A stretch of 64,000 bases of DNA from Trichoplax adhaerens. Taxonomy: Eukaryota; Animalia; Placozoa. The position numbers were made by a program, and so were the translations under genes. This document shows, in pieces, positions 26,201 through 39,204 of the stretch (position 1 is its first letter; every line of letters starts with the position of its first letter). Where the stretch lies: positions 1,027,693 to 1,091,692 of the forward strand of contig NW_002060953.1 in the NCBI RefSeq assembly GCF_000150275.1, in the 5' to 3' direction. Under the pieces are notes generated by a model that saw only the letters and a program-made list of their open reading frames with translations, was not told the origin of the DNA and searched no databases.

Positions 26201-29200
26201 GGTAACGAATAATATCGAAATATCACTGTTAATCGATAAAGACTTACTGTTATTTTCTTTAGCTTCCTGAAAGCCATTGAATGTAATACACTTAAGATTG
26301 ATTAAGTCCGATAATTGCTTAATCAATTTCACCTGCTTCTTGTTTTGATTAGCGTTATCCTTCAAGTATTAAAATAATAATTGTAAAGTTACTAATATAT
26401 GTTATGTTGAAACATATTGTAAAATATCAACATCACAAGCGGCTTATTAGATTTTATCAAAGTATAGAATTCTACGCTTATATGCTGTAAATGCGGCGAA
26501 GTAGTAATGCAGTAAATAGTTAATGCTATACATGTACTGTATGATGTTCTTACCTTTTTAGCTTTCTTCTTTTCACCATTTTCTGGGGCATGGCCCGAAC
26601 ATTCTTCATCAGATACGAATCCTTCCATCTCTTTACAATCAACTGGTAATTTTTTGCCCTAATTTTATAGAATAATTGACAATATCAGTCGAAACGCCAC
26701 ATTTGTAGCCCAGAAAAATTTCAAATCCTGAGAAATTTATTTCACCTTCAGAATAATCTTTCTTCGTAAACGCCTAGGTGAAGTCAGTAATTTTTGATTT
26801 TCGTTGATAAAATGATTGCATAGCTTATCTGTAATTTAGGATATATAATCAAGTATTAATTCTTAAATTCCTATTTTGCCTGAAATCGTCATTGATATAT
26901 TAAAGGCTAACTCTCATACTGTTAGTATTACTAACCGCCTAAGATTTCTTTTAAATAATGGGCAATTATACGTTGCTGCTTCGTAGAGCAGTGATTTTGA
27001 ATCCATAGTATTACCGGATACCTTATTCCCGCAAATTGAATAACCCAGCAAAGCTTAGACTACAACTAACAGATTCGCTAACTTAAGCTTTAATTAAAAT
27101 AAAATTTAATATTAATATTGGACTTGAATTAAAGATTAATATTATTTGGTTTCTATTGTTTATAAACATACTCGGATGCGACAAAAGCGTATTCATTAAT
27201 AGCCTGTATCACAGACTTGAACGTAATCTTTGTTGTTAATGACTGCCCATGGTATATTACAGGTTCATTATTAGGACCATCCCAGCAATCCACTATGGTT
27301 TTGTAATTTAATATAAACATTATTTCGTAATTGATCAATGGATTAACGATAGTAAAATTTATTAGTACTATATAACATACTTTCAACGCAACGACATCCA
27401 GACAAAAGGGCACTTTTATAGGCCTCAACGCTTGAAGGGCCAGTTAACTGGTCTTCCAATAGATCTCTAATACAGGTATTAGATAAGTAGCAACGTTAAT
27501 ATCTCAGCATTTTACTTTTAATAGAAAAATGATAAAGATTGCACTCACGTATTATGCGAAGAGGCAATAAAATAATGAGACAATGGTTGGTCCATATCTT
27601 CACAAACGTTTAAATGTTTCGAGTCAAATAATTCTTGTTCCAATAAATACTTTATGAAGCCATCTATACCAAGAAAACCCTCACGTCGCCCTCTACGTGT
27701 TGGTTCATACTTCTTTACCAATCCTAAACAATCTTCTTTGCTTAATTTTGAAACCTATTACATATATCAGAATATTTAGTGGTTTTTTGTAATTTTCTAA
27801 ATTTTGCTTCAGCTTGTTTTCAATTAAGAAATGCGTGATATTTTGCGCAATTAATTATACATTGGAAAACACGCACCCCCTGTTCTGATTCTAGAAATGC
27901 CATTAGATCATCAACGGTCAAGAAATCTCCAATATTAGCGTATCTGTTTTGAATAACAATATATCATATTTGCACGCATTAGGTAAGATGTAAAATTTTA
28001 ATATTTGTACACATTTACGTATTCAAAACTAATTTTCTTCCAATAGCCGTTTAGGCTAATTTCTTTACCATAATATTTCTTAATATCTTAATTATAAACG
28101 TCTATCATCATTTCTGCTAGATGCCCTTACCGAACCAAGATAAAATACACTTCAGGTCTAGTAGTTATCTCTTTAAAAAAATTTAAAAATTGTGCTCTGT
28201 TCATGGTACCATCGGCTGCGCTACATTCCTGTATATAATACAGACACAATAATAAATTTGGCTTCGAATTTTCACTAACAATCATGAGGTGATAATTTCA
28301 TAGCAAGTAAATAGAACGATAGCATTTCTTGCCATGACTGAGTACTTAAATGATACGCATTTTTTAGCATATCACAGTAAAAAGAATAGGGAATTTCATA
28401 TTAAATGTAAATTACTTCCAGTAATATCTTGGGATATCCATAGACTTAATTTATAGAAAGGTATATCTTTAATAAAAGTAGCCCAAATATAGACAGAAAT
28501 TTTTTTATTCTTACCTTATGTTTCGAAAGAATTTGTTCTAGATTGATATGAGGTGACATTTGTTTAACAAGACCCATAACCTGTTCCTCCATCAGAAAGC
28601 CGGACCCACGAACGGCTTGGAAATCAAATTTTTCTTTTATCCATGTAATATTAGTTAAGCAAATTATGATATTGTACGAGTCATTATTTTAAGTTATAGT
28701 TACATAAGAGTATCAGCTGCAAGTAGTGATATAGAAAATTCTAGAAAAATTTTATAATAACAGTTTTATAATTTTAAATGAACAAGTTTACTCGGTATCG
28801 CTTAAATTATGTATAGTCGGGATATGAATCACGGATAACTTGACGATCATCAACGCTGTCTTTACCTGAACCAACAATACAGATGTGATAAGAATATTAG
28901 TTAAATAGCAACAGAATAATTGATGTTATTTTACTAGAGTATCTAAGGAATTACTGTGTTATACGAAAAATAAATACAAGAAGGCTTCGAGATTCTGCTA
29001 TGCAAGATTTCTTAGTTAAGATAGCTAAGATAAGATACTTACCAGATCTTTTACGATTACTAATAAGGCATCTCAAACCAGTTATCCACACATTGGCCTC
29101 ATCTGGACTGCTAGCCACTAAATCTAACGATTCATACTTATCTCCATAGATAATTGAAAAGGAGCAATCTTCGCTATAGTCCTCCTTGACTAACTGACGA

Positions 29201-32200
29201 AATATATCTGTCGTCTGACCCTTGAAAACTTCTCGAATATCGGAAATTTTTACTGCGAACATAGAAATCATTTCATTATTGAGTGATACGGCGACCACTT
29301 ATGTAAAACATTGCTAACAGTTATTCGAATAGGGAGTGGAGTATTCTATTCATTTATTCGTCCTTTATTTTCATTTAAAGAAGCGTTATGCCTCTATTCA
29401 GATAATAGCGAAAGGCTAACTTTTACGTGTCGAGCACTATTGTGAAATTCTATCCTATATCACATAGAATGATTCTCCATACTGTAGACTCACGTACTCT
29501 GTTGGTTGCTAAATATTATTCAATATTACGATTTGTCGATAATGCTACGCTCAATTACATGGGAGGTAAGCTAAAACTAATTATGTTATAATAATTATAA
29601 CATACACAATCAGTGTTGGCAAATTATAAGGGACACAAAATTAGCCAGTTGTATAATTCGGCGGATAATAAGCTTATTCTTATAAAGTATTAATTTTAAA
29701 TTAATTAAGTCGTTACTACAGCATTTACTGATGCGTAATAATTTAAATCAAATGGCCAGCAACTGTACTATATCGCGAAGAAAACGCTCTACTTTGGCAT
29801 CACAAGTCAGTAATAACAGTGTCATAATATGCTGCTGCTTTAATGCAAGCTATGAAATTTATAAGATTTGTAAGGTGAATTGATAGCTGATTTTGATTTG
29901 TACGCGTATAGCAGCAGCAAATAGAATTTTCTGCTAAATAGCTTTAAAAGTATTCCTTGAGATCGAGATAATTATTGCAGCAATAGCCAAAAGATCGAAA
30001 AAAATAATACTAGTAATATAATAACAGTAATAATACTAGTAATATTGTTAATATGAATGAAACGAGGAATACTAATAATATTGATAATAATAAGTTATAT
30101 GAATTATATACTATTAATTGTCAGATATTTTGATAGTAAATCATTAATATAATCAGATCCTTACTTCAAAAATTTTCATTAATTAATTAAAATAAATAAA
30201 AACAAATTGTACACTCAGAAGGAAACAGTGTAGATCAATGAGAAGGAATCAAAGCGTTAATCACATGCGATAATTACAGAGCTTTATATGTACGGATGTT
30301 CCATGCCTTATTAGCAAGCTATTTTAGAACTGAGGTGGCGTTAATTAATTCAATTATTCTTCTTTCGTGCACCAGATAGCTAAAAAATACTATTTATCAT
30401 ACGTATAATATAATTGATTCGATATTAATATGCGTAAAGCAGAAATTCTAGAATGAATACACTACAGTACCTCGTAAGATAATTAGGATATGTTGAAAGC
30501 ATCGATTTCTCTCATAAGTCTATCGTAGTTTGCTTGCTAATTATGTCGTAAACATATCTGTTCTTTAATCATCTTACATCAATAACAATGGGGGTTAACG
30601 TCTCAAAACAGGTGTAGTTAGTGAAAAGGGCGATACAAAAGCTACAACTAGAAACAATACTAGTGGATAAAATTGTAGACAACACTCTTTTATCCACCAA
30701 CCCCATTAACAATGGCTTGGCATCCATTATCAATTCAGGTCTTATGTACAATGGATCAAAAAATGGATAGGTGATATTGTTAATTTAAATAAATTATATT
30801 AATGAACATGGTATAATCTTGAATCGTCTATAAAATATAATAAAGAGCGGATAGCAATACTAAGAGGATGCTTAGTATGTTTTCGATAATCATATCAATT
30901 CCTTCTGATTATGCATAATAATACTGCTTAACTTCATAGTCAATTTTAACTTCTAATATATGGGATCATAACACATAATTGCATCGATTTTCTATTGATC
31001 GTAGAGAAATATGACGACGATTGAACAACAATTTTATTAGCAAAGATGTGACATATTTTGGTCATCAATCTACAATACTCGTATACATATAAGTAAATCT
31101 ATTAATTGTATAATAAAGGATTGAGACCTCTATTACATACTGTGTATGCACACTACATACAGTAAGCTTCTCTAGCATTGGTATTAACGTAATAAATTAT
31201 AAAGGGACTCAATAAGTTCTTCATCTGTGAAAACGCTCGTGCATTGATTTGTAATCAAGTATTTGTATTTAGCATGGTCTAATGCAAAAAAGTAATTAAA
31301 TCAGCAGTATGTAATATTCAATTTTATAGTTAGAGTAATGAAGAAGCTAGCTGGTTTTAGAAGTAGAACTTAAACAGTCGTATCAACTTTTGTTGCTTCC
31401 AATATTTCAGATGTAAAGATAATTATAATTATTGATGTGAAATAGTAACGCAAATAGATTAATTATCAGAGCATAGGATAGTAATATGTTAAAAGACAAC
31501 CTTCTCTATCTGATAGCACTATTGTTTCCATATAAATATATGTGCACAGTACGCTATGCTACTCCAAATGCATCACTATTAATTACAATTAAATTCAAGC
31601 CTAAAATACTAGTCTTGTCAATGAGTGAGTACACTGAAATATGCTACTCAATAAACAAGTATACAAAGTCTGACGATCATTGTGTTCTAATAATATTTCA
31701 TAATGATCTACCCACTTTACCGATAACTATTTACAGGCTAGTATAGCTTTAGATATACTGTACATACAAACATACGCGTATATTATAATTTAGTGCAAGT
31801 ATTTTAAAACACGATATAATTTGCGTAAAAGAGTTTGGAAGGATTAGCCTAACAAATTTATAAGTTATTGAAGTAATTTAAATGCATTATATCAGTTACT
31901 TTTATATGATTTCATTACTGTTCAAAGGAATAATATACTGACAACGCAAATGACATTGCATAAATATAATCCAATAACTTTCTTGAGTAATGCAGTAGCG
32001 TGGACAATATGTCATCTAATCAAGCTGACCGATAGTAATCATTTCATCAATACTGTTGCATGATGTTGACCAATTGTGTGATTAATTATAATTCTTAGTT
32101 AAGCGTAATTAAGATTACTTTCAATCTGTAGCACTACGTACGACAGTAAACCGTAGAGAGTTGATTGACTGCACAAGATGCTTAATGTAAAGACATACTT

Positions 32201-35200
32201 ACTGTATTTAATACATATAGTACAAATAAAAAACATTGAAATATTCTACTTTGTGCCGATTGGCCAAATCGATCTAAGTTTTAGATGTTCTATTACTCGC
32301 AGACAAACTCTACATAAGATTCATATTTGTATATATTATATATGTATGCTATTGGTAAATTACTTACATGGGTTCTGGTGATAGCGAATAATGGTAATAA
32401 ACTGTCAAAATATATTAAACTGTTCCTTCATGTTGACCCGTATTGCTGTTTACGAGTATGTTACAGTATATGAATGTCGAGTTTGAATCTACATTATACA
32501 GTTAGATATAACACTGAGAATTGAAAATTAGCATGAATATGGGCTATTACATTGTACTATCGGTTGCATAAACAAACTAATATGTTACGGCCATATTTTC
32601 GTCATAATTATAAATGTCGGCAATGAAAAGCATAATATTCTATTCAGCCTCATTTTATCCGCTGTTATCACTTTCACTTAATAAATAGCAATATGATAGC
32701 AATGACATCGCTGTAGAAATCATTACATAAAATAACGATATGACCTAAAAAAAAAGATATGAGAAAGTAACTACTCCGATCGTAACTACATACGCGTACT
32801 GGAAGAAAATCAATTAAATATGGTAGACGATACGGCGGTAATGTTTTTGTTGGCTAAGCTGCCGTAAGGAATAATATAAAGCGCAAAATAATTTAGAATG
32901 AGTAATGCGAATAATATACAATTTCCATTACACACTGCTGTAGGTATATATATAGTTTAATGGGATCTTTAAATAAATTACCCCTTAATCAATACAATCA
33001 GACAATGTTCAACTTTAATCCCTAAAAGCAACTTAGTCAATTTAAACGATATCGTAGGTAGACAATTAAAATGATAATAATGCTTTCAAGTTAGCAAAAA
33101 TAGCCTCAAAGGGAGAAATCCTATTATGGAATAAAACTATGTATTCTCTGGTGCACTAAATCTATTTTTTAAATGCAAAGAACTTCGGCCATGAGAAGTG
33201 CTATTCTATAGCGAGTTAAGAATACAAATAAAACAAATAATAAGACTTCCTATTCTTTTGCTATGTGTGCGATCTTTAGACAGCCGTGTTTAGGGTGTAA
33301 AATATTTCAACTTTTGAAGCAGGAAGAGTGTCTTTCAAATGATGGACGATACTGATAGGAATTATAGTCATGGCATGCATTAAGGAAACAGCTAACTTGA
33401 CGATGTCAAGACACCAAACACATATCCGATCCACAACAGATCGACTGGAGGATTTAGTACTATATAGGGTACACATATTAACTATTGAAAACGACTATAC
33501 AACATTAGGAACTGCAATTCTTTCTACAAAAGGTACCACAGAATGACTTGCAAGGTAAATACTATACTTCAATCAAATACAATTAGCAATAAACATCATC
33601 AAAACGGTTGCTATCGACATACGTGTACATTGTACACTGTATAGGTAAGTCATTGATGATGATGATTCAAGCTATAAATCTGTATAATAAGTTCGTTATA
33701 CAGCATAAGAGAAAGCATAGACAAGGGCAACACGGTATAATATAGTCATGAGTGATGGGAGAGAGAGAGAGAGATGAAATCGGTCTTTTCTAACAGTCTA
33801 TTATCATATAATAAAAAATTAAAAAATTGTTATTAGTTTATGAGTTGTATGCTTCTATAACGTTATTACTGTACCCATGCAAAACTTCTCTTTGATGAAT
33901 TGGAAATGACAGTAGGCCGTGTTAGCGAAATGTAATAAATTGAATAAATCCATGAAATCATTGGCAATGTGATTCTACTTCTAATTATTAAGCTTAGGAA
34001 CATTGATGAAATTGTCATCGCATAAAATTGTAATTATTAAGCTTAGGAACATTGATGAAATTGTCATCGCATAAAATTGTAATTATTAAGCTTAGGAACA
34101 TTGATGAAATTGTCATATGAGTTTTAGAATGAAAGATGAAATTATCATCCTATAAAGTTGTAATTATTAAGCTTAGGAACATTGATGAAATTGTCATATG
34201 AGTTTTAGAATGAAAGATGAAATTGCCATCCTATAAAATTGTAATTATTAAGCTTGGGAACATTGATGAAATTGTCATATGAGTTTTAGAATGAAAGATG
34301 AAATTGCCATCCTATAAAATTGTAATTATTAAGCTTAGGAACATTGATGAAATTGTCATATGAGTTTTAGAATGAAAGATGAAATTGCCATCCTATAAAA
34401 TTGTAATTATTAAGCTTAGGAACATTGATGAAATTGTCATATGAGTTTTAGAATGAAAGATGAAATTGCCATCCTATAAAATTGTAATTATTAAGCTTAG
34501 GAACATTGATGAAATTGTCATATGAGTTTTAGAATGAAAGATGAAATTGCCATCCTATAAAATTGTAATTATTAAGCTTAGGAACATTGATGAAATTGTC
34601 ATATGAGTTTTAGAATGAAAGATGAAATTGCCATCCTATAAAATTGTAATTATTAAGCTTAGGAACATTGATGAAATTGTCATATGAGTTTTAGAATGAA
34701 AAATGAAATTGTCATCCCATAATTCAGTAAACCGTATTTTAAGCAGCTATTCCATCTACCGAATCATGACTGCATGGTAACTACCTCTGGTTACTGAACA
34801 GTGTACTACGCTTATACAGTATGATCAATGTCATTGGTGTACAATGCATTTCGAATATTACAAGTTTAATCCAGAGAAGATGAAAGAAAAAAACCAAAAC
34901 GGTCGGTCGATATTATTAAAATTATTACGAATCGGTCGATAAAATTGATGGCATTTCTAGGCATACTAAAGTGGTGAAAAGGATACTAATCCTTAATACC
35001 CACCATACCGTAATTTGCAAGGTATGATAATTCGGTAGTTTATTAACAGTATGATAATTACGGTAGTTTATTAACAATCAATCAATCATACAATTATGGA
35101 TGAGGAAAACAGTCATCGTCCAAGTACGATAAAAGCTCAACAGTAACGTTAATATCATTCTTTTCTTATTACACTAGATTACTATACGTTTCTCTCTCTC

Positions 35201-37318
35201 TGTATATTATAAACTGATAGACGGGTATCGAGGTTTATCCATGGCTATCGGTGGTTTATTTTATGATTGTATTTATTGCGTTGCAATGGCGATCATCTGT
35301 CACTATTCTAATTTAAATTAGTATTGCAGTGGATATTAGCAGAGTATGTTGAAGGATTATCATACTGAAGGAAATAGAAATGAAGAAAGATGTCTTTTGG
35401 ATGAGGAAAACAGAGATGAAGGGAAAATGGCGATACGCATTGAAGAGTGTGAGAGTGAATTAAAGAAAAATAGAGAGGAAAGAGAACATCAATATATTTC
35501 AAAAAATAAAATATCATTCAAGCACTGTTTAGTTTGCATTCATTAGTAGACAAAACAGAGACAAAAAAACACAACTTCATACCATTTGATAAAGGAAAGT
35601 ACACAATTTTGACTGTGATAGACAATATGTTGACGAGATATCGTAGTTTATGTCAATCGCTTACTATGTCAACATTCATAACGTTATTGAGTAAGTTAGT
35701 TAGTGACTTTATTACTTACTAAATGCTTTTTCAGCTTTCTTGGTACTCGGTTTCCAAGTTAATGATGACATTTCTTGATCCAGTACAAAAGTACGCTTGT
35801 AATGTCGCGTTACTGAACGAATTTTAATCATATCGGTGCCAGCTTGCATTGCTCTTATACAATCGCCAGCTGTACGTGTCAAGATAGCCATTTGCAAAAA
35901 GCGGCACATAAAGAAGGAGAAAAGGAGAAAAGTTGAGCCAACATCGTACTCTACTCTACTCGTTTACAACATAGCAAAAATAAACTATCGTTTTGTGATC
36001 GATTAGTCAGACTGTACAACACTATATTTATGAGTACTGTCAAGTAGATGAGTTGTTTTTGCAAACCGCTATAGAACATCTGTGGACTAAAATGCATCTA
36101 TCATACTATCCATGCACTGTATGGAAGAGGCGGCCGTATTGAAATCAAACTTTGGTAGAATTGTACTTGAAATTATGGTAGCGACAGCAATCCTACTTTT
36201 GAACCGAAATGGAAAGGACTTGTAAGAATGGGAATGGAAAACCTCTTGTAGCAATACGGTCGTACAAATGAGTATACTGCCGTAGAGTGGTGGTGAATAA
36301 ATCTAGTAGCGATGGCAAAACATGATTCCTGTACTATATGTTAAAAGTGGCCAAGGACATTTTCAACTTTACTCTAGTTTGTAGTCGCGTCTTGCTGAAT
36401 GCGTTGGAGAATACAGTAGTCATGTACTGCCGCCTCCTTGAAAAGATTCGATCGGATAATTATGGATCATTATGTGTTGTCCGTGTCAATGCAACACTAA
36501 ATAAAAGCAAAGTCGATGTTGATTACCAAATTGTACAGTACACTAACAGTGAACAAATCTACTGTACAATCCTGACTACGAATATTGGAAGAGTAAAATT
36601 GTAAAGATTGTACAATTATGCCGTTGTATAGTATAGAAGAAAAAGTCATGAATTTATTTGTCAACAAGGGAAAAGTTGGGGGAAAAAAAAATTGGAACGC
36701 TTGCAACAAAAGCTACTCATAATCACGATTGTAACTTAATTTCTCTTCAATCGTTAACAGTAGGCCAATGAGATAAAATTGAATGTTTAAAATTAAGATC
36801 GGTTGATCGACTATTGTGCAGGATAGAAGGAAAAATTAAAAAATGATGGTTGTGACATGAAGGATAAATCAAAAGACAAAAATGGCAATCATGGAAAGCG
36901 TTGAAAGTGAATGGATAAAAGGCATACCGCTGGCAATGGCTTTTTCATCACTGGATGAACTAAAGGAGACATGCTTTTGCATTCGTGATCTATTTCCACT
37001 GGCTAAACTGCTACGTCGCGGCATTTTATTAGGGTACTCATCGTTGATATTATTTAAACTATTTCCTTGAATTTGGACTGCGCTAAGACTTCTTGTTCGA
37101 CGACCAATTCCATCGACATCGGCGTATTGATCAGGACTTAAACTTCGTGCTGGATGATCACTTGATTGCTCATCGCTACGTTGATGTTTCTCTCGTAATT
37201 GGCCATTAAAACTGTCTCCATTCGATTTGAGTTGTTCACTCTCTTCAATAACACTCAAGTCACTCACACCGCCCATACGAGGCTTGTCATCGTCTCCTTT
37301 ACTTTCTTGGTGATCCAT
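23270..37318 (-). CDS. PLCL: Phospholipase C-like protein (PRIP / PLCL1-PLCL2 family): PH, EF-hand, X, Y, C2 and PLCL-type C-terminal domain; ~29 exons
   Basis: ATG at 37318. The N-terminus has the PLCL-specific MPRRSSL and KHVSF (RVxF PP1-binding type) motifs, followed by [24 protein letters not shown] (PH). X box: SSHNT...GCRCVEMDCWDG...IYHG. Y box: SRIYP...[24 protein letters not shown]2: [13 protein letters not shown]. The C-terminal [15 protein letters not shown] resembles the PLCL tail. Stop TAG at 23272-23270. Confidence 0.93.
28645..28825 (-). other. U12-type (minor spliceosome) AT-AC intron in the PLCL gene
   Basis: Minus strand reads exon ...CGTGATTC|ATATCCCG ... TTTGCTTAACTAATATTAC|ATGGATAAAA. 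Splicing restores ...RDS-WIKEKF. It has the 5' ATATCC, a branch site GCTTAAC 9 nt from the AC end, and no polypyrimidine tract. Confidence 0.88.
33982..34720. repeat. Intronic minisatellite: 2 x 49 bp then ~8 x 81 bp units
   Basis: taattattaagctt starts at 33982, 34031, 34080, 34161, 34242, 34323, 34404, 34485, 34566 and 34647. It lies in the 6.5-kb PLCL intron (29253-35719). Confidence 0.97.
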
Positions 37319-39204
37319 GATGGCGACTTTCAATTCAATTGGATGTATTTTGATTCAGTTTTTCAATAACTTAATCAATACGCAAAGGATAGGCGGCTTG
37401 ACAAGATCGATCCAATGCTTTCAACAACAGTTATTTTCAGTCATACAAGGATAGGAGGGGGATAGCGCCAATTGAATCAGGCAATTTGACGAAACGCGTT
37501 GACTTGACCAAGTGGAGTTGAATAAAGTTCAACGAGGAATCACTACGATGCGATACGTCGTGCCAGTCGACTGAGAAGCCCCTACAAATGGATAGTCAAC
37601 AATTCCAGCAACTTTTTAATACTACTTGTACTCATGATAATATATAGAATCAATCATTGGATGATCTACGGTAGTGAAAGCGTGGACGGCGGCCTATCCG
37701 TCTGCATGTGTACATTGTACACTCTACTGTTTCATGGTGTCTATCTACAGTATCCATTCTGGCGAGACAGACATGGACTAGTTGTAGTCTTGGTATTCAA
37801 TGAAATGAAATCGCACTTACATTGATCAAAACAAATAGAAAAGTTCGCAATAGCTAGAATGAAAATCAATGGTATATATCTACTGTATACTGTATATATA
37901 CAATCCATATTACGTACTTTTTCTTTCAAGACAGACCTTTCTGTGTAACTTTACAATCAATGAGAAGGGCAAGAAGAAGACTTCCGTTGTCGCTTGTATT
38001 TTGTCCAATTGAAGCGCTGGCCTATTACAGTAATCAGATTGAAAAAGAATGGAAATATTATCCACAATTACTAGTGTGTAATCTTGAATATTGATTGATT
38101 GGATAACGTCATGCAGATTCAATCCAAGGAAATAAGAGTCTGCAGCTCGTCCTGCAAAAATAAATTGCCAACACTGATTGCTAGCATGATACATGTACAA
38201 CTGGTATACGAGAATCGATCAACGTCCATGATGTGAAATGGATGGATTGACACAATCGCCATGGCCATCTTACTACGCCTAGGCGTTGTGGCCTACGACA
38301 ACTATTTGCGTCTGCATCTTGGACTGTCCATCGATACCGTTGGTCGATTGTGTACATTAGGAAATAAAAACTTGTATGGTTGACACACACATCAATTGCA
38401 AAATGATCTGAGTCCGCTTCCCTGTACTTTGAAATTGGCAAGGAAATCAACTGCAGATGATGTCAAGAAAGGCATGGAAACGATGGAAACATCGACTATG
38501 CACTCAGACTACTGTCATGTTTGTTGATTGGGAAAAAAAAAAAAAAAAAAAAAAAAAAAAGTGGCATTTTTCAACTGCATTGCACATTGGATCGTTCCTT
38601 TTCTAGTAGAGTAGGTGGATTGCATGATGGAGGGTGTCGTAGCAAGGCTTAACCTCGTGTTTATGTTACCCCGAGAAAGAGAGTAGCAGAACCTTGTCAA
38701 AAAGTACCTACGCCAATATCCAATCAAGATCCTGATGGGCAACATGGATTACCTCCAATGAAGATGGAAAGAAACGCTTTCTATACGGCCAGATGAGGGA
38801 ATAAACAATGGTGCAAAAGTAATGATGGACATTGCCAATGTCAAATGGAGTAAATCATTTTACAACAACATCATCATCATCAAGTTCAATTGACCATCAA
38901 GCGATGATGATTGCATGATGCCTCCTACCTCTTGCAATAGCCGCTGTTCTAATCGAGTGGTAGGCTGTTGTCTTGCACTTTAAATTCATTAATTAAAATA
39001 AATAAGTAGTTTAAAAAGTTGCCAATTCGTCAACTGCTTGTCCGCAGACGACAAGGGGGATGTTATTGTTTACAGTGGAATGATCGACGTCGTGGTGCAA
39101 GTAGTCAGTAACGTGCTGTGAACTCAAGTGTCATCAATTCACGACCAATAGTCAGTCAATCGATTAAGCAGCACGAGTACTGTTTAAGTCATGAATGCGT
39201 CATT

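Noticed and set aside
35346-35546. Glu/Lys-rich 66-aa ORF antisense within the PLCL intron
   Set aside because: A purine-rich tract explains the composition, and there is no supporting exon chain.
38533-38560. A28 run as a retroposon tail
   Set aside because: No target-site duplication or SINE/LINE body is recognisable upstream.
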